A DNA stretch of 64,000 bases, from IMG/VR virus record IMGVR_UViG_3300032242_001694. The stretch is one strand, 5' to 3'. Origin of the DNA: a virus. The notes under the pieces were generated by a model. The model was not told the DNA's origin. It was given only the letters and a program-made list of their open reading frames with translations, and made no database searches. Below are positions 1 through 9,241 of the stretch, piece by piece. The position numbers were made by a program, and so were the translations under genes. Numbering within the stretch: the stretch's first letter is position 1; each line of letters opens with the position of its first letter.

Positions 1-649
1 AGAGATTGTCAGGCTGGTTTGTGTACTTAGAAACAATAATGGTCTGAGGTTCTACTCTGATGAAGTAGCCCTTCTTAAAGATAACACCAGTAGTGGTGGT
101 GAAAGCATAACCGGTACCAGTAGAGTTTGCTACGGTAGCAACAGTTACGTTTCCAACCAGCACTCCGCCTGAAGTCTTAATTTGTAGATTTTCATTATTA
201 GCAAAAGCAGTTTGAGGGTCACCGTTTGCGAATCTTGCAACGTCACTCTCACCGCCTAGATACTTGATATAGAGAGTGTTGAGATCCGGATCTTGAGACT
301 GGTAACCAAACTCAGTATTTACAATTAGAGCTCTAAGACCGTTGTCGTTAGTAATATATCTACCGGCAAAGTCTGAGATAGTAAAAGCAGAGCCGTTTGC
401 AAAGTTATCATTGATCTTTACAAAGCGATAGTCATTATCAAAAGTGAAAGAGCAGCCCTCAACAACAGAACCTTCTTTGAATACAAATCTACCAAACTTG
501 TTAATCTGGTCTTGCATAATTGTCTGCATCTGGTTAAGCTCTCTAGTCTGAAGAGCTACGCCTGGGCGATACAAGACTTTATAGAAGTTCTTATTTACGT
601 CATAGTCGTCATAGTACGGACTGCGTGATAGATCTGTTTGAAGAGCCAT
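1..649 (-). CDS. Large virion structural protein, DUF4815/VrlC-like (N-terminal part; runs off the window)
   Basis: Not in ORF track. ATG at 649 after GAGG SD; reads MALQTDLSRSPYYDDYDVNKNFYKVLYRPGVALQTRELNQMQTIMQDQINKFGR, the typical N-terminus of this family, which follows gp8 in T4-like phages. Confidence 0.8.
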   Translation of the reverse strand, partial: MALQTDLSRSPYYDDYDVNKNFYKVLYRPGVALQTRELNQMQTIMQDQINKFGRFVFKEGSVVEGCSFTFDNDYRFVKINDNFANGSAFTISDFAGRYITNDNGLRALIVNTEFGYQSQDPDLNTLYIKYLGGESDVARFANGDPQTAFANNENLQIKTSGGVLVGNVTVATVANSTGTGYAFTTTTGVIFKKGYFIRVEPQTIIVSKYTNQPDNL

Positions 650-657
650 ATTTTCCT

Positions 658-3600
658 CTAAAACTTAATAACGATTTGAACTGTCTCTTTCGAGGTGTTC
701 GATAATTGGAACGGAGAAGTGATATTCTCAAGATAAGTAACTTCTCCAGTATTTATTACTAGATCTGGATGTAAGATAACGCTATCTGTAATCAAGCACT
801 TGCCGGTCGATCCAGAAATACTTCCAGTAACATTTCCGCTTAGAGTTCCGGAGCTAAATAGCCCGCTTCCTCCGATGTTACTTAATACAAGAACATTATA
901 AGCGTTTGAGATAGATGCGCTTACATTTAAGTTATTTATAATAGTTTCCCCAGTTCTAAACAGTCCATTGACTGATGTTATTCTGAGATACGTGTTGTTA
1001 GCATACGTTAAGATACCAGTCGCAGTAAGACCTGAGTCATGAACAACGTCACCCGCTGAAAAACCAGGAGTACTTGAGATAGCTACGTCTTGCTCGTTAT
1101 TATTACTGATAATCATTCCGCTAGCGTTTGAGTACTCTTGAGTTACTCTCTCAAACTGTTGGAACGGAGCTGAGTTACCAGTTAGAGGGAATCTAACAGT
1201 CTGGTTAAACTTCTTAGCAAAGACGCTGCTGACGTCGATCTTACCATTGGCAACATAGATAGAAGCCACGTTTGCATAAGCATTCGTAACTGGATCATAC
1301 ATGGTATCGCCGACTGTAAACTTACCATAGACATCTGTAAGAAGAACTTGCGTGTTAGTCGGGGTAGATAAGATAAGAGCATTGGCACCCGAGCTAATTT
1401 CGCTAACAGTCTCAACGCCCGTACCAGTAGTGAAGTATATTACATTAGAGATCGCCACATTAGCTTTGGTGTTAGAAGTCAATCCGATAACGTTATCATT
1501 GGCAGCAGACCCATTCGCAAACTTTAGATTTGCAGAGAAAGTACCTTTAATAGCTTTTAGCTCAATGTGTGAGCTGTTAGCATAGACAACTTTACCAACA
1601 GCGCCAGAGTTTGACTGTAAGACATACTCATTGGTGCTAAATCCATCTCCAACTGCAGTGTTTACAGTAAGTCTAACACGGTCAAACGTGTTTAAGTTTA
1701 CAGTAACGTTATTGAAGAGTGGGTTCTTAATAAGACCAATTCTGCGATAAGTTCCATAGACTGGATAGTGATAGCTTTCTGAAACACCGTTTGCAAAAGT
1801 TGTAGTGATACCTGCGTATCTTGCACCAAGCTCTGCATAAGCGTCATAGCCGTGACCTGCAACTGGAGCAACTACTCCATAAGCTTTTGCGCTAGACCCT
1901 GAGTTTGACACGATAGTAACATTTGCGTATGTATAGTTTAGACCGGTATTTAGAACAATAATTTTTGATACAGGCCCACGCGATGCTAGAGAATTATCAA
2001 CTATCGAGTAAGCCAATGCATTAGATCCATCGCCAACGATATTAACAGTTGGTGATATAACATACTCGGTCAGTTGGTTTGGAATAATATAGTACGATAA
2101 GACATTCGCAGAGCCCAAGATATTCTTGTCGGTATCGCGTGTATTAACTGGAATGCCAGGAATATAAGTGCCAAGAGGATCTTTAATCGTGATATTTGGA
2201 TAGCTATCGATGACGTTGATCTTACCTCTTTGGAGACTTGACTCGCCTCTTAAGTAAGAGTTTGCACCACCGGTAAGAGTAGTGCTGAAAGATCCACCAG
2301 TAACACCGGTAAGAACAACCGTTGTGGTGTTTGCATAAGACACGATACCATAAACGCTTTGCGTGGTGTTACTGACATCAACCATGTCAACTTTTTCACC
2401 AACTGTAAAGTTAATAGCGAGATTGGTCTTTTCTGTATAGCCAATCTTAATGCCATAGATATTTGTGTTTGATATAACTCCAGTAGCAGATGTAAGAGTT
2501 ATCGAAGAAGGCTCAAAGGCATAAGGCATGTCATAGATAGTGTTTGCGATAACCCCAGCGCTTAGAGGAGTATCAACTATAACCACAGTGCTGTTAACTG
2601 AGGTAACTCTGCGAATGTTGTTGTTAGAGTTTTCACCTATGCGAATATATGAGTTATTTGCAAAGTCAGTTGTAAAAGACGTCTGAGCCGTGTTAGTTGA
2701 GTAGATGTAGGTGTTGCCGGTATTATTAGAACTAACTATAGTAACTGTTGCGTTTGAAGAAGAAGTGTTGCCCTTAACGGAGTTGGCAGTAGAATTAGTC
2801 ACGAAAGATCCAGTAACTCTACCAACCGTGATCTTAGAACTATTTGCAGCGACAACGATACCATTTGCGGTATTGGCAGAGCCAACTTTCTGGTAGATCC
2901 ACTCACCAATGGTAAATGCACCGGTATTAGAAGAGATTGACAATTCTGTAAACGGAGTTACCGTAGCTTTTCCACCTTTAAGAGTTCCACCTTGGGAAGT
3001 GTTATAGACTGGAAGACTTAACGAAAACGCATTAGATCCAGGTGATCTTGTAACTTTAAAGACAGTGCTGTTAGCGATAAGAATAGTTGCAACGGCTCCA
3101 GTATCAGACTGCACAACGCTGTCATTGATCTGAAAGATGCCTTTAGAGTACAGTGTTGCAAGACTGTCAACATTCTGTGTAAGAATATTTCCAGCTACAA
3201 AGCTGTCTGGAGCTGTAATGTTCGTAATGTTGAAAGTTATAAAGTTATCAAACGCGCGATCAACAGTTAAAATTTTGTTAAGACCATCATACTTAACAAT
3301 CTTTCTTATCTGGCCAGAACCATAACCAGCTTGAAGATAGATCGAGCTGTCTGTATAGTAGTCATTGCTATAACTTGCGCTTTGATCAAGTACTAGAGAC
3401 TTGTTGTTTGCACTTGCAACTAGATAGCCGGTATAGTAAGGGTAGTTATTTCCGCCATTTGTAATTCTAATAGCGTCAATAGTTCCAGACACAGCATTTG
3501 CAATTACCGAGTTGTTTGCTTTTACCGGTATAAAGTTTGCGGTAGTAAAGAGTGCGTTGGCATTTGTGTCTACTTTATACATGTACTTCCAGATGTAGCC

Positions 3601-4053
3601 ATCTGAAGTCATAAAAGTCCCACTCTGAGTTGTAAGAGTTGGCTTGATCGTACAAGCGCTTCCATTATTATTATCAATAACTTTGTACACTTCCATGTTG
3701 TCAGTAACTACATAGAATTGCTTAGAGAGAAGGTCTGGATCAAACTGGTCATACTGGTCATAGTATGTGTTGCTTGTCCAGTTAATTCTTGGGATCAAGT
3801 ACTCGATCATCTCTGGTGTTATGATCTTACCAAAGATAGCGTCGTGATAGATGCTCGACTCGTGCTGATAAACAGAAGAGTTTGCTGACTGGTAAGTGGT
3901 GATATTATTAGAGCTGTCGTCGTTTTGACCAGCAGGATTTAGCCATGGATCCGGCTTTCCAGCAAATAGATAGTAAGAATTCTTAGACGTCTCAACATCA
4001 TTGATGAACGATTTAATAATGTCTAAGTAATGATGAATTGTTAAAACGGCCAT
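658..4053 (-). CDS. gp8: Baseplate wedge subunit gp8-like, greatly extended (1131 aa)
   Basis: IPRINWTSNTYYDQYD, FYVVTDNMEVYKVIDNNNG, SDGYIWKYMY, YRRIGLIKNP and C-terminal GEVTYLEN...KETVQIVIKF motifs; position after gp6/gp7. Confidence 0.8.
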   Translation of the reverse strand: MAVLTIHHYLDIIKSFINDVETSKNSYYLFAGKPDPWLNPAGQNDDSSNNITTYQSANSSVYQHESSIYHDAIFGKIITPEMIEYLIPRINWTSNTYYDQYDQFDPDLLSKQFYVVTDNMEVYKVIDNNNGSACTIKPTLTTQSGTFMTSDGYIWKYMYKVDTNANALFTTANFIPVKANNSVIANAVSGTIDAIRITNGGNNYPYYTGYLVASANNKSLVLDQSASYSNDYYTDSSIYLQAGYGSGQIRKIVKYDGLNKILTVDRAFDNFITFNITNITAPDSFVAGNILTQNVDSLATLYSKGIFQINDSVVQSDTGAVATILIANSTVFKVTRSPGSNAFSLSLPVYNTSQGGTLKGGKATVTPFTELSISSNTGAFTIGEWIYQKVGSANTANGIVVAANSSKITVGRVTGSFVTNSTANSVKGNTSSSNATVTIVSSNNTGNTYIYSTNTAQTSFTTDFANNSYIRIGENSNNNIRRVTSVNSTVVIVDTPLSAGVIANTIYDMPYAFEPSSITLTSATGVISNTNIYGIKIGYTEKTNLAINFTVGEKVDMVDVSNTTQSVYGIVSYANTTTVVLTGVTGGSFSTTLTGGANSYLRGESSLQRGKINVIDSYPNITIKDPLGTYIPGIPVNTRDTDKNILGSANVLSYYIIPNQLTEYVISPTVNIVGDGSNALAYSIVDNSLASRGPVSKIIVLNTGLNYTYANVTIVSNSGSSAKAYGVVAPVAGHGYDAYAELGARYAGITTTFANGVSESYHYPVYGTYRRIGLIKNPLFNNVTVNLNTFDRVRLTVNTAVGDGFSTNEYVLQSNSGAVGKVVYANSSHIELKAIKGTFSANLKFANGSAANDNVIGLTSNTKANVAISNVIYFTTGTGVETVSEISSGANALILSTPTNTQVLLTDVYGKFTVGDTMYDPVTNAYANVASIYVANGKIDVSSVFAKKFNQTVRFPLTGNSAPFQQFERVTQEYSNASGMIISNNNEQDVAISSTPGFSAGDVVHDSGLTATGILTYANNTYLRITSVNGLFRTGETIINNLNVSASISNAYNVLVLSNIGGSGLFSSGTLSGNVTGSISGSTGKCLITDSVILHPDLVINTGEVTYLENITSPFQLSNTSKETVQIVIKF

Positions 4054-4083
4054 TATACTATCCGAAGTTGTTTCTTTTATTTA

Positions 4084-6120
4084 TTAGTTCTGTGTAGCGC
4101 TTATATACACCGGCTGTGAGTCTTGGTTAGTTAATTCACTCTTAAATGAATATCTACCGTATAAAGCAATACCAGTTGGATGAATTAGATCTTCAACGAG
4201 TTTTCTATAAGTATCTATCATTCTAGAAGCTACAATCTCGTACGAGAACATCTGGTAGAAAGAGCTGTCTTGCAAGAACTCAGTGTCACTTAAGAATCCG
4301 CTGTTGTTCAAGAATGATCCCTGTCCTACGCCGTGAGTTTCTACAATTGAAATACCATAAACGCTTGTAGGATTATCTCTTCCACTCAAGATGTTTGTCT
4401 CGTTTTGGCCGTATCCGTAACCTGAGTCTACGATCTTGACTGCTGTAACGATGCCGCTAGCAGTACCCGCAGTCGCGACAACTTCTGCGTCATGTCCCCA
4501 GTATCCACCTCTATCGTCTAAGATACCAAGAGCATAGATATCCGGCTCAGTGATAGTGACTGTTGGATTTTGAGAATAACGCGTACCCGGATTAATATTT
4601 TTCAAGTAAGTTATGGTACCAATTTCTAGAACTTTAATATTTAGTGCCACGTTCAACTGAGTGTCTAAGTTAGTTATGGTACCAGCCGCTGGGAATCCAC
4701 CCCAGTCGGTAGTTCTAGTAACTGAAGTTACAGTAGCAGTTGCACCTGTATTAGCATTTGTTATAATACTTCCTGGAATAAAGTATCCGATATTTGAAGT
4801 TGGATTATACACAACTTTCACTGTAGTATTAGATGCGTCAGCATTAATCATGCCATTAGAAGTCACTGTAATTTTTGGCCAAGTTGAGTTAACTTTAACA
4901 ATAGAATTTGTAACATTACTGATTAATGTAACGCCGGGAACCAAGTTAGCATTTGTTATGTCAGCGTCCGCGCCCGTAATGTAGAGAACCGCGTGATCTG
5001 AGTTATAAACAGTAATGCCCGTGATGCCAAGAGAAGTATTTGATATAGACTCACCGGAAGCAATATAACCACTTAGGTACTTCACGTCTAGGTGTCTAGC
5101 ATTAGCTGAAGAAGTTACAATATTGTTTGCGTTAAAAGAGCCTGATACTGAGTTCACCCCAAGCTGCATCGTCTGTGTTGAGTACTCAAGAACAGTATCT
5201 TTCAACCCATCGATAACGTCAGTGATTAAAGAGAATGTCTGCTTGTTCGTGATGCCGCCGACACTTGCAGAAGCTCCAGATCCATACCCGCCAGTAACTG
5301 AGACAATAGCGTTTACAGTATATCCAGACCCACCATTCTTGAGATAAAAAGAAACTTTACCGTTCTGGTTAGTCGTACTGACAACTTGGGCGATGGCGGC
5401 TTTACCGCTACCCTGAACGTCAAGCAGGTCGCCAACTTTATAGTTTGCTCCACCTGAAGTGACGCTAATCGTTGAGAGAGATCCGATAATTAATGGCGCA
5501 TTATCTTCTGTAATTGATGGAACGTCAAGACATAGAACTTTCTGTCCACTCTTAAACTCACCATCAATACTCGAGATATAGATGATGTTGACAGTCTTGC
5601 CTTGAATAACTTTCTTAAAAGTAGATTCAACGACTGCGGTTCCACCGTTATTGGTATAGATCTTCTTTCCAATTAACAAAGGAATGTTTGTGTTTTCAGT
5701 CACTTCAATGTATGTTGGAACATACCAGGTTGAGTCTGAAGACTTTATAAGGTGCTGACCCGGAATATAGATGTCAATATCTTCATTAAACAATAGTCTA
5801 AACAGAAGCTTGTATCCGCGATCGGTGCCTTTAGCATTGTATAGATCTGTGATATGCTTAAGCAGGAGTCTCTTGTTGGCTACGATATTCTCGGGAAGAG
5901 AGTTAATATACTTATTCTTAAAGTACTTTACAAAGCCGTCTAGAGTTGTGTCAATGTCTTTGTAATCGAGCATCTCGCGCGAGACTTTTATAACCTGACC
6001 GCTCTGCTCCATCCACTCATAGTATGACGTAACAAACGCAATAAAGTCCGGACCCTCGTCTCTATAAAACTGAGGGAACTGATAAGCAATAAGCGGAGAT
6101 ACTAACTTCTCAATCTGCAT
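4084..6120 (-). CDS. Baseplate wedge subunit (gp7-like)
   Basis: QFPQFYRDEGPDFIAFVTSYYEWME, LYNAKGT..YKLLFRLLFNED, LQDSSFYQMFSYEI, LIHPTG motifs; lies between gp6 and gp8. Confidence 0.7.
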   Translation of the reverse strand: MQIEKLVSPLIAYQFPQFYRDEGPDFIAFVTSYYEWMEQSGQVIKVSREMLDYKDIDTTLDGFVKYFKNKYINSLPENIVANKRLLLKHITDLYNAKGTDRGYKLLFRLLFNEDIDIYIPGQHLIKSSDSTWYVPTYIEVTENTNIPLLIGKKIYTNNGGTAVVESTFKKVIQGKTVNIIYISSIDGEFKSGQKVLCLDVPSITEDNAPLIIGSLSTISVTSGGANYKVGDLLDVQGSGKAAIAQVVSTTNQNGKVSFYLKNGGSGYTVNAIVSVTGGYGSGASASVGGITNKQTFSLITDVIDGLKDTVLEYSTQTMQLGVNSVSGSFNANNIVTSSANARHLDVKYLSGYIASGESISNTSLGITGITVYNSDHAVLYITGADADITNANLVPGVTLISNVTNSIVKVNSTWPKITVTSNGMINADASNTTVKVVYNPTSNIGYFIPGSIITNANTGATATVTSVTRTTDWGGFPAAGTITNLDTQLNVALNIKVLEIGTITYLKNINPGTRYSQNPTVTITEPDIYALGILDDRGGYWGHDAEVVATAGTASGIVTAVKIVDSGYGYGQNETNILSGRDNPTSVYGISIVETHGVGQGSFLNNSGFLSDTEFLQDSSFYQMFSYEIVASRMIDTYRKLVEDLIHPTGIALYGRYSFKSELTNQDSQPVYISATQN

Positions 6121-7949
6121 CAGTTGACTGCCATAACATTAACAACCATGCTTCCAATGTCAAGCTCAATTACGTTGTTGTAGTAAGCAGTAATGTCATC
6201 TGAGTATGTAATTGCAAAGAACTGTATGCCGATATTACCTAAGAAATCTACAACATAGATATTACCAACTGAGATCTTACCTGTCATGTAGTCTACACTG
6301 CCGATGACCGTGTAGTACTCGGTGTTATTGCTTGAGATATACTTTAAGTAGAGAACCGGATTGGTGTTTTGTACATCAAACACATTTCCCGTTCCACCTC
6401 TTACGAATGAGTTAACATTAGGGTTATAGTCAGTGATCTGGTAAGTGTTGCCATCTGACAGCAAGAAATTAGAGCTGTAGACAGTTCCCGGAATCAAGCG
6501 ATTATTAAAGATCGTTGAGATAGAGCTTGACAATCCAAGTGGTGGCTGGACAACTTTATACGCTTGAGTGGTAATCTGGTTGCCAACGATACTCGAATCA
6601 GTCGAGTCAATTGTCTCGGTAAACTTTGAAAATCTAAAAGTAGTATTGAACATCTCTAGATAATCATTGTTAAACTTAGTTGCAGATGCCACTACTTTTG
6701 TTGAGATCTGAGCAGGTGAGAGAGTTGTATTATTAAAGTTGACATTAACATTAATTGTTGGTATAATGTAGATATATTCCGGATCAATAACAATATTTTG
6801 AATATTCAAGATCTTCTTATTATCGAGGAAGTAAACGAGATCTGTTTTTCTCTGGTTGGTTAAAGGCGCGCCTGAGTACGTACTCGGTGAGATAAACACC
6901 TTACCATACTGTACACTATCAGCTATTGTCTCACCGCCATAGACATGTACGTCTTTAACTTCATTAAAATTATCAATGATCAAGTTGCGATAGTCACTAG
7001 CTGTGACAGCTCGTCCTAGAGTCTGAAAAGCTCTTGGAGCTCTGAATCTAATAGACTCGATACTTTCTCTCTCAGCACCATTAGAAGATTTAGAAACTGT
7101 GGTTATCGTAGTTCCAGTTACTGCTCCACCATTTACAGGTCCTAGATCTTTATCAATAAAGAAAGTATCAATGCCGCTGCCACCAGATCCCGCACTAACG
7201 CGATATGATATGACTACTGTAGATGCATTTTGCGGAATACGGCCAAATACTCCATCTCCAAACATAATCTCATATGTTCCTCTAGATGCAGCTTGTAAGA
7301 AGTAAATATTTGAAGTAGGTTTTAAGTCATACAAGAAACTTTCTTGAGTGAAACTTGTAACATCCATTCCGTTGTTTTCATAGACATCAACTGTCATACT
7401 GTCTGTGTCTACTAAATAATTAGTTACTAAAAACTTTTGATTTGGATTAGTGTAATCTACAATGTAGACTTCGCTTATGTAAGTTCCTTCATAAATTGGA
7501 AGGTTAGAAAATGTAAAATTACCAGAAGTAGAGAGCGCTGTATGATTACGGTCTGTGGTAAAGACAAATGCACCATTAGCGTTGGTGCCGGAGAACTGAG
7601 TACCTTTTGGAATTAGAAAAGTTGTACCGATACCATTGGTCTTAAAAGTAACGTCAATCAGAGCTTCTGGCGACTTTCTAGAAGCTGGCAAATAATTGAT
7701 TTGCTTTGCATGAGACACAACTGAGTCTCTAACTTGAGCGCTATCGAGAAACATCTCAGAGATAGCCATGTTAGTGTAGAAAGAGTTGATATATGTGTTA
7801 TAGGCCATCACGTCAAGCAGCACATTAATGTTTGATCCCTCAAAGTCATAGTCTTTGAAGGTGGACTGCGACTTCATAAAAGTCCTTAAGTTAGACTTAA
7901 GGGTATCAAAGTCCAGTGAAGTTATATTAAGTGCACTATTAGCTGCCAT
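6120..7949 (-). CDS. gp6: Baseplate wedge subunit gp6
   Basis: LDFDTLKSNL..FKDYDFEGSNINVLLDVMAYNT, EMFLDSA, FGDGVFG, RAVTASDY motifs. Confidence 0.92.
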   Translation of the reverse strand: MAANSALNITSLDFDTLKSNLRTFMKSQSTFKDYDFEGSNINVLLDVMAYNTYINSFYTNMAISEMFLDSAQVRDSVVSHAKQINYLPASRKSPEALIDVTFKTNGIGTTFLIPKGTQFSGTNANGAFVFTTDRNHTALSTSGNFTFSNLPIYEGTYISEVYIVDYTNPNQKFLVTNYLVDTDSMTVDVYENNGMDVTSFTQESFLYDLKPTSNIYFLQAASRGTYEIMFGDGVFGRIPQNASTVVISYRVSAGSGGSGIDTFFIDKDLGPVNGGAVTGTTITTVSKSSNGAERESIESIRFRAPRAFQTLGRAVTASDYRNLIIDNFNEVKDVHVYGGETIADSVQYGKVFISPSTYSGAPLTNQRKTDLVYFLDNKKILNIQNIVIDPEYIYIIPTINVNVNFNNTTLSPAQISTKVVASATKFNNDYLEMFNTTFRFSKFTETIDSTDSSIVGNQITTQAYKVVQPPLGLSSSISTIFNNRLIPGTVYSSNFLLSDGNTYQITDYNPNVNSFVRGGTGNVFDVQNTNPVLYLKYISSNNTEYYTVIGSVDYMTGKISVGNIYVVDFLGNIGIQFFAITYSDDITAYYNNVIELDIGSMVVNVMAVN

Positions 7950-8372
7950 TTATCTTACTCTCTTGAGCGTAACATCCATTGATACTGGAGTATTATTATT
8001 TATTAAAGAAAAAACAATGTTCACAACAACGGTGTTATAGTCAGAAGACTCGCGAACATCTACTCCTAGAAGCTTTGCTCTTGGCTCGTTGTGGTTTATA
8101 GTAAGGGCTATAGAGTCTGATATATCTTTAGCTGTTAGAGTATTCATCGGTTCGAATAAATGTCTAAGAATATCAGAGCCAACTTGAGGCTGGAACATTC
8201 TCTCTCCGTAATTGGTAAGAACTAGATTTTTAATAGACTGTCTTACCGCATTAACGTTAGTGGTCTTCGCGAGAGTTCCAGTTATCGGATGTACAGAGAA
8301 GCTATTTAGAAAGTCGCTAAAGACTTCCGACTGTCCAGCTAGCTGGGTAAATTTATCTGCTCTCGTTGACAT
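7950..8372 (-). CDS. gp25: Baseplate wedge subunit gp25
   Basis: AVRQSIKNLVLTNYGERMFQPQVGS..LFEP, NEPRA; directly upstream of gp6. Confidence 0.92.
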   Translation of the reverse strand: MSTRADKFTQLAGQSEVFSDFLNSFSVHPITGTLAKTTNVNAVRQSIKNLVLTNYGERMFQPQVGSDILRHLFEPMNTLTAKDISDSIALTINHNEPRAKLLGVDVRESSDYNTVVVNIVFSLINNNTPVSMDVTLKRVR

Positions 8373-8382
8373 AGACTCTGCC

Positions 8383-9240
8383 TTACCTTGTTGGTATTAC
8401 TTGCCCGCCTGGAGGTACCGTGCTTGTCTCAAGCAGTGTTCCCTTAGCCGACTTGATCTTATTGCTCTTGCCCGAGACAATAACTTCATTGTTGATAGAC
8501 AAGATGCCTGATTTACCAGAACCATAGTTAACAATCGCGATATTTTCACTTCCGGTTGCGTAGATATTAATAAATCCTTTGTGCTGGATACCAATACCAT
8601 TCTTGTTGATATTGATATAGTTGTCTCCAACTCTCAGCTCAATCTCATCACTAGCTTCAATCTTGATCTTACCTTTATCAAGTGTTAAGTCAAAGTTGCC
8701 TTTTTGGACATGAATCCCATATTCACCAGATACCATCTCAATCTTGTTACCAGTGATCTGAGATATATCATTACCCATGATATTATGATGGACATCACCA
8801 GTATGGTCAGTAACGATGTTCCCCTCAGTAGTATGAAATCCATCTCCACCCGCAGAAGTATTTATCTGAGAATCATTTGTTCCAGATATGCTGGCACCGC
8901 CACCTGCAGAAGATTGATTCCCACCGGTCTCAGAGTGGCTTCCGCCTTCTGTGGTAGATCTACTCGTCCCACTAACTTTTGAGTCTGAGTGGCCATCTGC
9001 TGTGGAAGAAACACCATCTGCATTATAGCTGTGGCTCTTGCCAGTCTGGACACTTACGTGCTGACCATCAGGCCCAACACCGCTATAGCTTCCATCTGGG
9101 TGAATAATGAATGAAGCTTCATTCCCAGGTTCAATGCTTCTAATCTCTTGACTTCCATCTGGACGCGTAGTTACCAGAAGATTAGGATAAGTTCCCTTGT
9201 ATGGAATCTTTGGATGAGCTTGATTTGGATCGTATGCCAT
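8383..9240 (-). CDS. gp5 C-terminal-like beta-helix spike protein (separate ORF)
   Basis: YPNLLVT..HPDGSY start followed by short Gly/Asn/Thr repeats typical of the gp5 beta-helix; between gp5-N and gp25. Confidence 0.6.
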   Translation of the reverse strand: MAYDPNQAHPKIPYKGTYPNLLVTTRPDGSQEIRSIEPGNEASFIIHPDGSYSGVGPDGQHVSVQTGKSHSYNADGVSSTADGHSDSKVSGTSRSTTEGGSHSETGGNQSSAGGGASISGTNDSQINTSAGGDGFHTTEGNIVTDHTGDVHHNIMGNDISQITGNKIEMVSGEYGIHVQKGNFDLTLDKGKIKIEASDEIELRVGDNYININKNGIGIQHKGFINIYATGSENIAIVNYGSGKSGILSINNEVIVSGKSNKIKSAKGTLLETSTVPPGGQVIPTR

Positions 9241-9241
9241 A

